DNA of 64,000 nt from Chrysomallon squamiferum (Eukaryota; Animalia; Mollusca): positions 11,408,001 to 11,472,000 of the forward strand of contig CM022669.1 in the NCBI GenBank assembly GCA_012295275.1. The letters are read 5' to 3'. Both the position numbers and the translations under genes were made by a program. The notes under the pieces were generated by a model. It saw nothing but the letters and a program-made list of their open reading frames with translations. It searched no databases and had not been told where the DNA came from. Positions 38,949-52,882 of the stretch are shown here, one piece after another (the first letter of the stretch is position 1; each line of letters starts with the position of its first letter).

Positions 38949-39356
38949 ATGTAAGTATGTGTGTATGTGTGTGTGTGTGCGTGCGTACGTATATGTGCAT
39001 GCATGTAGGAATGTATCTATGTAAGTATGTGTGTATGTGTGTGAATGTGTGCGTGCGTACGTATATGTGTCGCATGTAGGTATGTATCTATGTAAGTATG
39101 TGTGTATGTGTGTGAATGTGTGCGTGCGTACTTATATGTGCATGCATGTAGGAATGTATCTATGTAAGTATGTGTGTATGTGTGTGTGTGTGTATGTATA
39201 CACACACAGAGACACACATATAAATGCATACATACATGCATGTATTGTGTGTGCATGTGTGTGTTTGTGTGTATGTATATACACACACAGACACACACAT
39301 AAATGCATACATACACACACACATGTATTGTGTGTGTGTATGTGTGTGTGTGTGTT
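38949..39356. repeat. ~70-bp TG/TA-derived tandem repeat (3 copies) followed by a second TG/CA duplication
   Basis: TATGTAAGTATGTGTGTATGTGTGTG...GCGTGCGTAC...GCATGTAGG is repeated. Confidence 0.85.
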
Positions 39357-39769
39357 GATAACTGGTACGTAATCACAATCAGACATTCTTATTTCACATT
39401 ATAAAATCACAATAATACAAGAATAATCTACCACGAGTAATACACAGCTATTTAAAACAAAAATCGTTATTTAAACACTTTTATGCATCCATCAAAATCC
39501 GCGAGAAATCTTTAATTGCTTTCATAGCTTATTTTTAGTTAGCAATAAATAATGTATATAGGTTTTACTGACATTTATTTGATCTGTAGAATAATCAGTA
39601 TGTAACATTTAATCAATGTATGATATCTTATGGGGGATGAATACTTTTGTTATCTGGTATGCATCTGTGTAATAATGAACACAATGATGAGAAACAAGGA
39701 GAAAATGTTAATCATTATTAAATAAATTTATTATTTCATCCTTTTATGTGCTTTGGAAGTAACAGCCAT

Positions 39770-40560
39770 AGAACAGAATGAAAAAGATTAGATTGGAACA
39801 TATCTAAAACATATAGGAACAGTGTCAGAAAAGAAACAGAACATTACCTAAAACTCCAAAACCCAGAAACATAACTGATAAAATAGTTTGAACAGATCAG
39901 AACAGGACAAAAAAAAAAGAGAAAAAAAAAAGAGATAAGACCAGAAAGAAATCAGAATGTATAAGAACAATTAGAAAAGAACACCTAGAACATATCAGAA
40001 CGGGACAAAATAAAGCAGAATAGATCAGAACAGAACAGAACAGAACAGAACAGGTCAAACCAGATGAGAACAGATTAAAAAAAATAAAGAAAATATTAGA
40101 ACAAAACAGAAGACAAACACAAACAGATTGAAAAGATTGCAACAGAACACATCATAGCAGATCTGAATAGAACATAAAATATCAGAACTGAACCAGTCAC
40201 ACAGCACAACAGAAAATACAGCTACATAAAGTGCAACACACAGCAGAACAGCAAAACATAGCACAATATAAATAGTAAACAGCAGAACCAAAACACAACA
40301 CAACATAAATGGTAAACAGATAAAAAAAACACAACACAACATTTATGTAAACAGCAGAACAAAAACACAGCACAACATAAAACACAGCAACTTAAAGGAC
40401 AACGAACAGCAGCTCAGCAAACACATGGCACAACATAACAGTAAACAGCAGAATAACAACACAACACAACACAAACCATAACAACACAAAGAACAACCAA
40501 CAGCACGGCACCTCTTTAAGACAAACAAGGGAACAAAAACACACGAATGAAAAGAAAGAC
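39770..40560. repeat. Strand-skewed (A/C-rich) degenerate AGAAC/ACAAC-derived low-complexity repeat
   Basis: (CAGAA)n at ~40026, with ACAACA and GTAAACAGCAGAA blocks. Confidence 0.75.
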
Positions 40561-41350
40561 AGCAACTCGAAGCGAACATTCCATCACTGAAGAAGACACC
40601 GCATCAATTATTGGCTGTCTTAAGAGAACAGAACCAGGATGTAATTACCAGAAAGAAATCCCATAATGCAGCTGAGTAATAAAACAGGTACATTAAACCT
40701 ACAGTTCTCGCCTTAGTGAAAAATTAGTTTACATGCTTCACGTAAAAGTTTTGTGTAAACAATTGAAGGGTAGGAAAAGCTAGAAAACAAAGCTGGAACA
40801 TGTGGAAATCATTAATAAATCTTGTGGATAATACCTGACTTTTTTTTTTATGTTAATACGTGGTATTTTTTTGTTTTGTTGTTACTGAAAATAGAAGCTA
40901 GGTGCTATACCGATCATGTTTTTGTTTTTTGTTTCTTTCAGAAAATTTTATTTTAAACAAGTTTAAAAATTATAATTTTTTTTGTTTTATTATTATTATT
41001 AAAAACACCAAGAGAATTAAAATCTTCTTAAAGAATTATAATCAATAAAGTTTTCAATTCAAACACATTTTAAAAATTATTAATTTTCCACAAAAACACT
41101 AAGAGAACTAAAATGTTATAATTGTTTGTATTATAGCTTCCAATTTAAATATATTTAAAAACAGTTAAGATTTAAACAAAACTAACACGTTTTAGGCAAA
41201 ATATATACTAATTATATCGAAGTCAAGTATTATATTAAAAACATTTCAGGAAATTTTCTATTTTTTATCTTAAATCCCTAACAGTTCTTCTTCCTTTTTT
41301 TCTTCTTTTGTTTCTTGCTTTCAATTTCTTTTCTTTTTTTTTCTTTCATT

Positions 41351-41389
<39 letters not shown>

Positions 41390-41583
41390 TTTGTTTTTAA
41401 TTTAAAAAGTTAATTGTCACAGGAGAAGTTGATCCTCTGTAATTAAAACCCGTGTGTGCGCGTTATCACTGTCCTGCACGTGTTACATCTCTCCACACAG
41501 CTCAGTGACAAATCAAAACTCAGACGGCTGAGCAGTAAAACTAGGGATTCTGCTGCATCTCGGGATTTGTGAATTGTTCTCTG

Positions 41584-42144
41584 GCATATTAATATAAATA
41601 CATGTCGAATATAGGTAGGTTAATACATGACATGGAGAATAAGGATATGTCAGTGTATGACAGAGATAACGCATATCAATATAAATACATGTCGAATATA
41701 GGTAGGTTAATACATGACATGGAGAATAAGGATATGTCAGTGTATGACAGAGATAACGCATATCAATATAAATACATGTCGAATATAGGTAGGTTAATAC
41801 ATGACATGGAGAATAAGGATATGTCAGTGTATGACAGAGATAACGCATATCAATATAAATACATGTCGAATATAGGTAGGTTAATACATGACATGGAGAA
41901 TAAGGATATGTCAGTGTATGACAGAGATAACGCATATCAATATAAATACATGTCGAATATAGGTAGGTTAATACATGACATGGAGAATAAGGATATGTTA
42001 ATGTATGACAGAGATAACGCATATAAATATACATGTCGAATATAGGTAGGTTAATACATGACATGGAGAATAAGGATATGTCAGTGTATGACAGAGATAA
42101 CGCATATAAATATATTACGTGGCAAGTAGAGGTATGTTAATATA
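41584..42144 (+). repeat. Near-perfect 87-bp tandem array (6 units plus a partial)
   Basis: Units start at 41584, 41671, 41758, 41845, 41932, 42019 and 42102 (the last full unit is 83 bp). Consensus: GCATATCAATATAAATACATGTCGAATATAGGTAGGTTAATACATGACATGGAGAATAAGGATATGTCAGTGTATGACAGAGATAAC. Confidence 0.98.
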
Positions 42145-42254
42145 TTCATTTACCTATATACCGTTATTTATTTTCAGTCTGATGTCGCGTTTTAATTAGA
42201 TGATTTTTCATCTTTCCCGTACTTTGTATTTTCCCCCTGTTATATATAAATGGC

Positions 42255-43065
42255 CATATCATGTATTGAAACATCCATGGTCTGGATGTCCTATATTGGT
42301 AAGTCCATAATCTCTGTGTCACATATTAACATTAGCAATATAATATATTGATATGCGTTATCTCTGTGTCATATATTGACATATCCTATATTAACAAACC
42401 TCTATTCGCCACGTAATATATTTATATGCCTTATTTCTGTCATACAATGATATATCCTTATCCTCCATGTCATATATTAACATACCTGTATTCGACGTGT
42501 AATATATTTATATGCCTTATCTCTGTCATATATTGACATGCCCATAGTCTCCATGTCATATATTAACATACCTGTATTCGACGTGTAATATATTTATATG
42601 CCTTATCGCTGTCATATATTGACATATCCTTATTCTCCATGTGATATATTAACATACCTATGTTTGCCATGTAATATATGCATTATCTCTGTGTCATATA
42701 TTGAACTATCCATAATCTCCATGCCATATATTAATATACCTAAATTCGCCATGTCACATGTTAACATGACATATTCTCCATATCAAATACTGAAACGCAT
42801 ATACTGAATGCCTCTAGACTCCATATCACATAGCGACGTGCCTTTGTTCTCCAAGTCACATACTGATATGCCCATAATCTCCATATTATTAATTTACATA
42901 CCCATAGTCTCCACATCACATATTGATATGCCTATGTTGTTCATGTCATATACAGATACGCCCATAGCCTCCACGTCATGTATTGACAAGCCTACATTCT
43001 CCATAATCACATATTGATATGCCCCTGTTCTCCATGTCACATACTGATGTGCCCACAGACTCCAT
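42255..43065 (-). repeat. Inverted, more diverged array of the same repeat family (85-87-bp units decaying into ~29-bp monomers)
   Basis: For example, GCCTTATCTCTGTCATATATTGACAT...CTCCATGTCATATATTAACATACCTGTATTCGAC is the reverse complement of the 87-mer. CTCCATGTCACATA(C/T)TGATATGCC recurs at ~29-bp spacing to ~43060. Confidence 0.93.
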
Positions 43066-43828
43066 GCTGTTACCATTCTCTCCGTGAATTGTTTTATTTA
43101 CCTGTGTTCACTTTGCCCATGGCTGAACCAAGACTTCACAGATCAATGCTGGAAGTTTTTTTTTATATACTATTGATCTCACGAACTGAGACAAGGTTTT
43201 CGGTTGCTCGTATGTGAATCGTGAAATGGCCCAGCTCGTAGAGGCACACTAGAAAGGAAATGTCGTGATCAATGGGAGATGGCAAAAATGGCCCGCAATT
43301 GAGTGGGATTGTGTTCTGACTGCAGCCCAGTCCAATAATCTTTATGTGTATTGTGAATGTGTTTGACTGTATTGAACTGCAGTAGCGAGATCAGCAGATA
43401 TTGGTAGGCCGTGTGTTCGGTGTTTTATTGCTCTGTTACCGATCTAATGATAGTGACATATGACTTTATATCACACGGTTAAATGCAAGGCTGCGTCCCC
43501 CGGCCTGCTAACTTTAGGGTTCCTTTATTGTGTAATATTTTCTGGATGTAATTATTTTTGTTTATCATTTGGGTAGTTTATGGTGGTCATACTTTTTATT
43601 AATAAGCTTGCAGTATAATTCTGTACAGAATCTGGATCTGGGTTTATTTTTACTACTACTACTACTACTACTATTACTACTACTACTACTACTACTACCA
43701 TTACTCTCTCTTACTTCCTCTGCACGATTTAATCAATCTGTCAATCAATCAATCAATAAACAATCAGTCTGCCTGTCTATCTATCTACCTACCTGTTCAT
43801 TTATCTATGCATCCGTTTCTCTTAATTA

Positions 43829-43951
<123 letters not shown>

Positions 43952-44149
43952 ACACACATCTTGTATGATCGATCATTCAGGCTTGTTATCACCAAACAGA
44001 GGCATCTTCAAACATTCATACAAACATACATACAAACATACTTGGACAGAAATAATTGTATTCTATATTATATATATAATATTACTCCTCTGTTATGATA
44101 CCAATCACCCAACATTACGAATAATAAAAACCCAGCAATGACCAAAAGT

Positions 44150-44680
44150 TGGTGTATATATTCATTGATAAAGTTAACAGAAAAGGGTCATTACTTGCTT
44201 TATGTGTCTGTCTGGAAACGAGTTTCCATTGCAAGAAAGCAGGAAGCAAGTGCGCCGACTTAAAGCTTTGATCTGCTTTATTAAACCAGATCAAGAGAGG
44301 TCAGATGATGAAGCAACTTTATGTCTCCGAGTTCATTAAAGTTTACGTCCCAGTTTATTTCTGCCATCATATCCCGATCCGGAGTGTCCCGTAAGAGTTG
44401 AATATCAAAGCGTTATCTTGACAATGTTAACTGTTTATGGAAACAAATCGCGGTGTTGTGACCTGGCCTTTGTGTTGTGTGGTGATGCTATCGGCCGCAA
44501 GGCTTCGCCCCGGTCTCTCAGGACCGATACAGCAAGATGTGTGCAGATAGCAGCTGTCCTGGAAAGACTGACTGTGCGATCTTTGATGTGACACGGTCTT
44601 TGAATACATCCAGCTTAATTGCACCGCGTTACTAGGCTGTACTGAAATGTGCGTACGTTTTAGCCGGATTTAAATACATC
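44150..44680. promoter_or_regulatory. GC/CpG-rich high-complexity island, candidate cis-regulatory element
   Basis: One of the longest repeat-free, CpG-containing blocks in the window; only short unrecognisable ORFs and no convincing splice pair. Confidence 0.3.
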
Positions 44681-46022
44681 TATCCAGCATTTTTTTTTTT
44701 TTTTACAGGATTACTATAAATCTGATAAGGATTTCATTTTTGATATATTTACATCTAAATAAGATTTCTGTAGATTTTATTAATATTTTAAAAGTATTTA
44801 TACAGATCTTACCAGGATTTCGAAAGGATTGCTATAGATTTTAACAGGATTTCAACCGGATTTCTGTAGATTTCCAAAATTTATTTATTTATTTATTTAT
44901 TTTGTAGACTTCGGTATTCTCAATTGGATTTTTTTTTTTTTGTTAGATGTTAGTAAGATATTATCAGAATTCTTTATTTATTATTATTTATTTTTATTTT
45001 ATTTTTCTGACTTATTTAGCGATATTAAAGATTTATTGTAAAGAACCATCATAATTTATTGCTTAAAACCTGTTCGGATTTCGTTTTGTTAAGTTTAAAT
45101 CACCAACCAATGAAGCAGAGATTTTGTTTTACAGCAGCATCATAATGATGTGGTTGAATACTTTATAGCTGATATTCGATATAAATAATTAACTTAAGCA
45201 CACCAATAGAATATCACAAACGAATGAATCAGTCACACTGGATGTTTACAACTGATAGGGATCAGCGGGTAATGTAATATGTGCATGTAATGCACATATC
45301 AGATATCACAATTCAAAGAGACTTTTTTTTTTTGTCCAAACGTATTCTGGTGAACAATACTGTTAATAATTTAACTGGTATTCATGAAATAATAATAACA
45401 GTGTTTGAAGTTTTGATTTCTTTTCATTGTTTTAAGATAAAAATCTTTGTTAACAGAAAGTGAACTAAGTAAGCCTTTTGTTGTTGTGTGCATGAAAAAA
45501 TGGAACCGGATATTATACATAATACAATTTGTACTTAATTGTCTGAAAGACATGACCATGAAATTTGTTTCATTCCTAATTTTTTGTATTAAATAAATGT
45601 ACCGAATATGATTTAGGAATTTTTTTTTTTTTTTTTTAGTACTAACGAAGTTATATGTATTGTCAAAGGAAAAAAAGAAGAAGGAAAAAAGAAAGAAAGA
45701 AAAAGATGTAGCAATAGTAATATTTTTATGCCATCTAAAAGATCCATTTGCCTGTTTATAAGTACAGGTCATAGTTTGATAGCATCCACATTAATTATGA
45801 TTCCCATTGCACCTCTTGCTTACACTGTGACCACTAACCCAACCTTTCTTTCACAGACAGTTCTACCAAACGAGCCGGTTTAACATTACGATTTCTCCAC
45901 TCCATTCAATCAGTCTGTGACTGCACTAAAACAAAGTTACCTGTCACTGCAAATACTCTTAAAATACGTTTATTAAATGTGTGAAAATGTCGGCATCTTT
46001 AAGTCTAAGTTCTTCACATCAA

Positions 46023-46053
<31 letters not shown>

Positions 46054-47129
46054 TTACTATTGCAATTAGAAGCCAGAGTATGAAGGTATCAAGGATTATT
46101 TAGAGTCGAGATAGAATCACCAGCATGTTTATTTGATCAGCGAAATCCGTTCAGAAATCTACCAAGGCACAAATTGCATTCTGTGTCTCTGCTTCAGCCG
46201 AGCCTGTGTGTGATGCTCGCTGGGAAATTTTACCCTGCTGAGCGCTATCTGCTAACAGAATCACGTAGATTTTATTCTGACGTTTTATAAGGAAGAAGAG
46301 AAGAGGATCAAGATCTGGCAGTTCTGATGTCTCTGTTTATTTAATTACACCCCCAGTGCAGATTTAATACATCCTTAGTGGCACTAAGAAATGTGATAAT
46401 GCTGAAACATTTGCGTCTGCTTCTGCCATCTGAAGTTAGATCTTGATGACATGAGAACATGGAAGCGTTTGCAGTATGCAGACTCGATTCAACGTTAGCA
46501 TTTCTAAACTCTTTTATTCTACAGTGTTGTTTTGTTTTTTTTTAAATAATAATTACACTTGAATCACCAATGCTCTAAGGGTTTTCTTTTTACTTTTCTT
46601 TTGTATGATAATTTATCAAATAAAGATAAAAAAAAAAAAAAAAAAAATTTAAATTATTATTTTTGTTATCATCTGATTGTTTTTAATTATGAATAATTAC
46701 AGCTTCTGACAACAAAATCCAATTGTTTCTATGTTGTTTGTTTCTTAAACTACTGACGGCGATCACTCACAAACTGATGCTTTCAGTGATTTCTGTGTAA
46801 AGCCAAAAAGCTGGTGATGATCGTGTATTTCATTAATCCTGATTTGTGTCAGAACCAAATGTAAATTTCTAAAATTGGCCTTCATTCAAAAATATCTCCT
46901 TTGATCCTTCGCCTGTTAATAAATCGGTTATTTTATTAAATTATTTTTATGTTTGTTTGTAATCAGAATAATAATGTTTCAACCAGCATCATTTCATTGT
47001 TTCTTCTGTCCAGTCATTCGTCTCTTTGATCTGTTTCTGTGACTTTTCAGTGGGCCAGCTTTTTATTTTAGTGTGTGTTTCATACTCCTTCATTCATCAG
47101 TTTATCACTGTCCACTGTCCATTTACCAA

Positions 47130-47712
47130 ACAATCCATCCACTGTTTATTCACCCATCAATCCATCCACTGTTTATTCACCCATCAATCCATCTACTGTT
47201 TATTCACCCATCAATCCATCTACTGTTTATTCACCCATCAATCCATCCACTGTTTATTCACCCATCAATCCATCTACTGTTTATTCACCCATCAATCCAT
47301 CCACTGTTCATTCACCCGTCATTCCATCTACTGTTTATTCACCCATCAATCCATCTACTGTTTATTCACCCATTAATCCATCTACTGTTTATTCACCCAT
47401 CAATCCATCTACTGTTCATTCACCCATCAATCCATATACTGTTTATTCACCCACCAATCGATCTACTGTTCATTCACCCATCAATCCATCTACAGTCCAT
47501 TCACCCATCATTCCATCCACTGTCAATCCCCCATTAATCCATCCTATGTACATTCACCCACCAATCCATCCTCTGTATGTCCTATCCTATGTACATTCAC
47601 CCACCAATCCATCCTATGTCCATTCACCCACCTATCCATCCACTGTCCATTCGCCCACTTATCAATCTACCGTCCTTTCATCAATCAAACCATCCAGTGT
47701 TTATTCACCATC
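47130..47712. repeat. 27-bp minisatellite CCATC(T/C)ACTGTTTATTCACCCATCAAT (~14 good copies, then degenerate)
   Basis: Read directly; the 27-bp unit gives 9-aa repeats in all three + frames. Confidence 0.96.
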
Positions 47713-48988
47713 TATCAACATTGTAAGCACAGTTACGTATCAATATATCTGTGTGTTTTTTCCACCATTTCCTCTTAATTCAGGCAATAATTTCTTTCTT
47801 CAGTTTCATCAGATGTAACTGTAATGTCCCCGGATAATTCATAAGTTTTCATCAGCATTTATCATCTTCTGTTTATTTACATCTGAAAATGATTGTTTCT
47901 TTTTCCATTCCTGTTACTGTTTTATGACTTTGTTCATGATTATCCCATCATTTTGTCCCATCATTCATGCTCTTTTATCATTCATTATCTTCATCGTTAA
48001 TTTTGTTTTCAGCATCATTCATTATCATTCATTATAAATCATTAATATTGTTCATCGTTCAGCATATTATGTCATCTGAGAACTGTTATTGGTTCAATTC
48101 ATGTAAATGATGATGATGATGAAGATAATGATAATGATGATGATGATTATTATTATTATTATTATTATTTTACAGCTTGCTGTTTAATAACTGCTTTTTT
48201 TTTTTTCCCCCACAGGTTTATTAATGACATAAATACAAGTAGATATAATCATTTTAATTCTGTTTGACCTGCTACATGCAGTTGTTCAATAACAATCACT
48301 TCTGTGCAATTTGCTAATTCCCTCAGCACATGTATTTGTATACAGCTAATTCAGTACTGATATCCGCTAGTAGGCGCACAAGTCAAAGCTGCCATTAGTT
48401 CTTTTTACGAATTTAATGAACCAGTCACATCTTTTAACTTATCAATCTCTTCACACTTTTCCGTTTTTTCGTGGCATGTCACAGTGACACACACCTTTTT
48501 TTTCTCTTTGAAATAACAGCTTAAAGGTTTTCACAATAAACCTACAATTTGTCATCGGCTAGCGTTTCAGCTTTCCTATTATCAAAACACGCTGGCTTAG
48601 GATTACTGTTATTATTATTGTTTCTTTTTAAAGTGGAATTCGTTTTTACAAAGTTGAGGTCATTACTGTTGCAGTATCAATATTTTCGATGGTAATATGG
48701 TCAGTCTGACCCTTGGCTGACTCGGACATCATCAGTGTGTCTCAATTAGTTTTTTTGTTGTATAAAATAGATTAATTTCCACATATGTTAAATGGACACA
48801 TATCTGTATTACGATGAACTTTCTAGAGCACCTGATACATTGTAATTATGTTTCGTATTGATCCAGAAATAATTAATTACTTCTTCGTATGTCCGATAAT
48901 CAAATAATTTCAGTTATTATTGTAGAGTAATATCATTTATTTTCTCTTCATTTTTTAAGAATTGTTTTATCTTAAATTTTAAAAATAT

Positions 48989-49019
<31 letters not shown>

Positions 49020-49175
49020 TATATATATATTTTTTTTATTTCAGCTATCAAAACTTTTACTGATTCATTTGTTTATCATATATCTGTTCAACCATCTTTC
49101 CATCCATCTGTCCATCTCTGTTTCTGCTTGTCTGACTACATTTACTTTTCTATGCATCCATCCATCCATTCATTT

Positions 49176-49176
<1 letters not shown>

Positions 49177-49268
<92 letters not shown>
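49177..49268. repeat. Compound (CT)n(AT)n microsatellite
   Basis: Read directly. Confidence 0.95.
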
Positions 49269-49271
<3 letters not shown>

Positions 49272-49869
49272 TTCTTTCCTTCTATCCATTTATCTGTAAC
49301 CATCTATTCCTATATTATATATATATATGCTTATTCTTTTTTCTTGCTGCTTCTTCTTCTTCTTTTCTTTTTTTAATCTTACTTTTTACAGCAACATTTT
49401 CATCATTATAATCTACACGATAACATCCTAAACTGCTAAATTAACATTTTCTCTCGTTTTTCACCCCCCTCCCGTCCAATACTTAGCACACTGTTTTAAA
49501 ATGTTAACATAATAAATACAAATTTACAACACGCGGATGTTTTACTTTCTCTTATCTATGTTCTCACTGTCATGTTTTAGTGTGTAATAATATGTACCAC
49601 GTAGTTACACATACGGCGATATGCTGTTTGAAATTTTAACGTGTTTCTGTTATTCACCTAAATCTTAGATGCAATGAGCTGTGCTATTGTTGAGATAAAA
49701 ATGACAAGATTTGTGTGCTGGAAAATTGAAACAGAAGACTTGGGATGTACAACTGAAAAAATAAAAAAATAAAATAAAAAATAAATATATTTGTGAATTA
49801 TCTTACTGTACCTAGACATTGTTTAATTAATCTCTTGTGTTACAGTTTGGAATTTTTTTTTACCTTGAC

Positions 49870-50100
49870 ATACTGTGCCTTTACTTAATTATATTTTGAT
49901 TAGTCTTTGATGTTGGATTTTATTATTGTGTCACCGTGTTGTACTAAATTATATTTGAATTAATCTTTGATGTTCAGATGTTATATTAAGTTATACTTAA
50001 TTAGTCCATGATGTTAGATTTTTATTAATAGTGTTACTCTTTTGTAGTAAAATGTTTTTGAATTAATGTTTGATGTTAGATTTTAGTATTTTGTTACATT
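49870..50100. repeat. Degenerate ~45-60-bp repeat (..ATTA(A/G)TCTTTGATGTTAGATTTTATT..), about 4 copies
   Basis: TGATGTT(A/G/CA)GAT anchors at ~49908, 49968, 50009 and 50071. Confidence 0.7.
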
Positions 50101-50181
50101 TTGTTACATACTTCCATAATGATTTTGTTATCTTGTGAATTTTCATTATTTTTGGAATTAGCTTCGTAATATAGATGCATG

Positions 50182-50184
<3 letters not shown>

Positions 50185-50258
<74 letters not shown>
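50185..50258. repeat. (GA)n microsatellite
   Basis: Read directly. Confidence 0.95.
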
Positions 50259-50263
<5 letters not shown>

Positions 50264-50353
50264 TCCTAACACCATTCAAATATATAGGCCTACAATGTGT
50301 TTACACCGATAAAGCTTTTAATAATTATTTAAGCAGTACTGCTTTGTGTATGT

Positions 50354-50404
<51 letters not shown>

Positions 50405-50464
50405 CAGGCAGAGAGACAGATTATATCCAAATATGATGTATTATCTTTAAGTGGTGTATAATGA

Positions 50465-50745
50465 ATAGGTACAGGCCTGGCCATAGGTTTTCGTTGATTG
50501 ACAGTAACGACGTCGTCTATGTAACGATTATCTCCGCGGTTTGATAAACGGTTGCGTATCACCTACGTGTTAAACCACACAGTAGCATCCCCCCCGTGCA
50601 GCAGCATCCCCGTGCCGCATCCCCCGCCGTGCAGCAGTACCCTCCCCCCGTGTCTTATCTCAGCCCGGTATTAAAACACCTCGTTTCAAACAGATTGCAT
50701 TCTCCTCAGTCTCGCGCGTAATCTCCGCCCGTTGACAGATGCATA
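50465..50745. promoter_or_regulatory. CpG-rich island with GC-box, promoter- or enhancer-like
   Basis: Dense CpG, CCGCCC (~50725), TCTCGCGCG (~50710), and a short GCAGCATCCCC(C)GTG repeat at 50580-50652. Confidence 0.35.
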
Positions 50746-51763
50746 AAGAATCCATTTGTTCCTACAAATTAAAAATAGATACAAGGACTTGGGTTTATTT
50801 AAGATAGAATCAACTCTTTATCTTTACTTATCTTTTATTCTCGAACCATTTTTCTTTTTTCAGAACTAATAAAAAAAAAATATCTTTATGTGCTGTCATG
50901 GAAGCCATCAGACAGATACTGAAAAAAAAAAAAAAAAAAAAAAAAGTGAGAAAAATTAAAAAGCAGGAAAAAAAAAAAAAAAAAAAGGACAGACAAAAAC
51001 AAATGTTTATCTAGCTCTTTTAATTGACCACTCCAGAACGTTAATCCACAAACATCCATCTGAAGTGTGTCTGTATTTACTCTCAGTGTCTTTGTCACAC
51101 ACAGCCTGTCTCGCCCTTCATAATTCTCTCTCTGTTGTTATTCGGTACCGCGTGTATTCCACTGTGATACTTAAAGGTACACACTCTCTGTAGCAGAGTG
51201 TTACGCTATGCGATGTTAAAGATGTATTTTTTGCTCTCTTTTCACACACCTTAAAGAAAAGATTTTTATTTTTAAATTTTTTTAAATATTTAGAATTTTA
51301 AAGGTAATTTATGCTGTAAAATGTCTAGTGATTGAGATACTTTAAGCTGTAATGGTTTTATTTTGAGGTTTATTCTCTCCGTGATTTGTTAATGAAATTA
51401 ACTTATCGAGTGTTAGATTAACTGTACTGTGATATGTGCAAGTGTTTAAATAATGTTTGAGAATTTGTGTTAAGTATTTCTATGTGATTCTGTTATGTAG
51501 GTGCTTTTTTATCTTTTTTACTTGGACTTCTGATTATAAGATGGTTTTGCAGGCATGCCTTGTTTTATACTTTTTTCTTCTTCCTCCTTTCTTTCTTTAT
51601 TTACTTGTTTGCTTATTTGTTTATATATGTATGTATATATGTATGTATGTTTGTATGCATCTATGTATGTATATACGTATGTATGTACGTACGTATGGAT
51701 GTATACATAGACACACAACACATAGATATAAATATATCTTTTATTATTATTATTATTATTATT

Positions 51764-51809
<46 letters not shown>

Positions 51810-52282
51810 TGCAATAACATCATCGTCAAAGAAACTCACCTAATTTACTGAAAAATCATTTTATACTAAATTCTGCAAACACTGACATCCTACATCTTTG
51901 AGTTGTTGTTTTTTTACTCTCTCTCTTTCACACATTGTAACAGGAGACAACATCGTTTCAGTTAGGTGGACTGCATGGGGGATAGCTGGCACGTAATCTT
52001 ACACTCTACAAACATTTCACTGCATTGAAAATGTCTCAACTTCAACACACACACACAAAAAAAAAAAAAAAAAACATCTGTGAAAGAAAGCAGTAATATT
52101 CAAAAGCATAGACATCTGTAAAAGAGAAATAAGTGAAATTTTTTGTGTGGGCTGTTTTTGTCAAGAACAAAGGAAAGAATGACACTGTTGAGTTTTTGTA
52201 TCTGTATCACTGACCCAGAGTTTTGCTTACATAGTGTCTATCTACAGTCTGACTGGGGCAAACGCGTGGAAAAACACTGAAA

Positions 52283-52447
52283 CACAGTGGTGGGGGCAGA
52301 CTGTCACTCACTGGTGGGGTAGATTGTTACTCACTGGTGGGGGGTAGACCATTACTCACTGGTGGGAGCAGCATCTTACTCACGGGTAAGGGCATTCTAT
52401 TATTATTAGGGGGAGGGATAGACTACAGTTCACTGGTGGTGGTAGGT
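52283..52447. repeat. Degenerate ~24-bp G-rich repeat (CTCACTGGTGGGG.AGA..TTA), 6-7 copies
   Basis: CACTGGTGG recurs at ~24-bp spacing. Confidence 0.8.
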
Positions 52448-52789
52448 TTTAACTCAAAGGAAGAATACTGGACTGAAAGATTATTTCAGGATAAAAAAAA
52501 AAAACTACAGTTTATGAGATGGTGCGTATTAAATATTATTTCCTGCTAATAAAAGAATAACACGGAGTAACTCTTTGCCTGAGGGTTTCTTCCATAGGGT
52601 TTTATGTGATCCTTAGTCCTAATACTTTTGATAAAAATAATCATAGTTTAAAGCTGAATGACATATTTAAAAAAAAAAAAAAAAAAAAATCCGTACTTCC
52701 TTGCGTCTAGACTTTTTAAACGTAAAATTGATATTATGTAGAGTAAGTAATGTATCTTTCAGAATGTGACGAAGTACCTGGACATGACA

Positions 52790-52792
<3 letters not shown>

Positions 52793-52878
<86 letters not shown>
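52793..52878. repeat. (CT)n microsatellite
   Basis: Read directly. Confidence 0.95.

Positions 52879-52882
<4 letters not shown>

Noticed and set aside
41513-42064. Overlapping ORFs on both strands with 29-aa repeats (Cys/His-containing on the minus strand)
   Set aside because: They follow from an 87-bp (3n) stop-free unit. The Cys/His spacing does not match a C2H2 zinc finger, and the frame breaks at the 83-bp unit.
47026-47818. 247-aa STVYSPINP-repeat ORF resembling a mucin or Pol II CTD
   Set aside because: The 27-bp minisatellite is open in all three + frames, the start is not ATG, there is no synonymous-site bias, and it is not the YSPTSPS heptad.
48195-48300. Strong + strand acceptor TTTTTCCCCCACAG|G
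   Set aside because: All three frames hit stops shortly after and I found no good donor; poly-T tracts make chance acceptors common.
51834-51856. Minus-strand TTTTTCAG|TAAATTAG|GTGAGT, a possible 8-nt microexon
   Set aside because: Not frame-preserving, no supporting exon context, and AT-rich surroundings; cannot be supported without reads.
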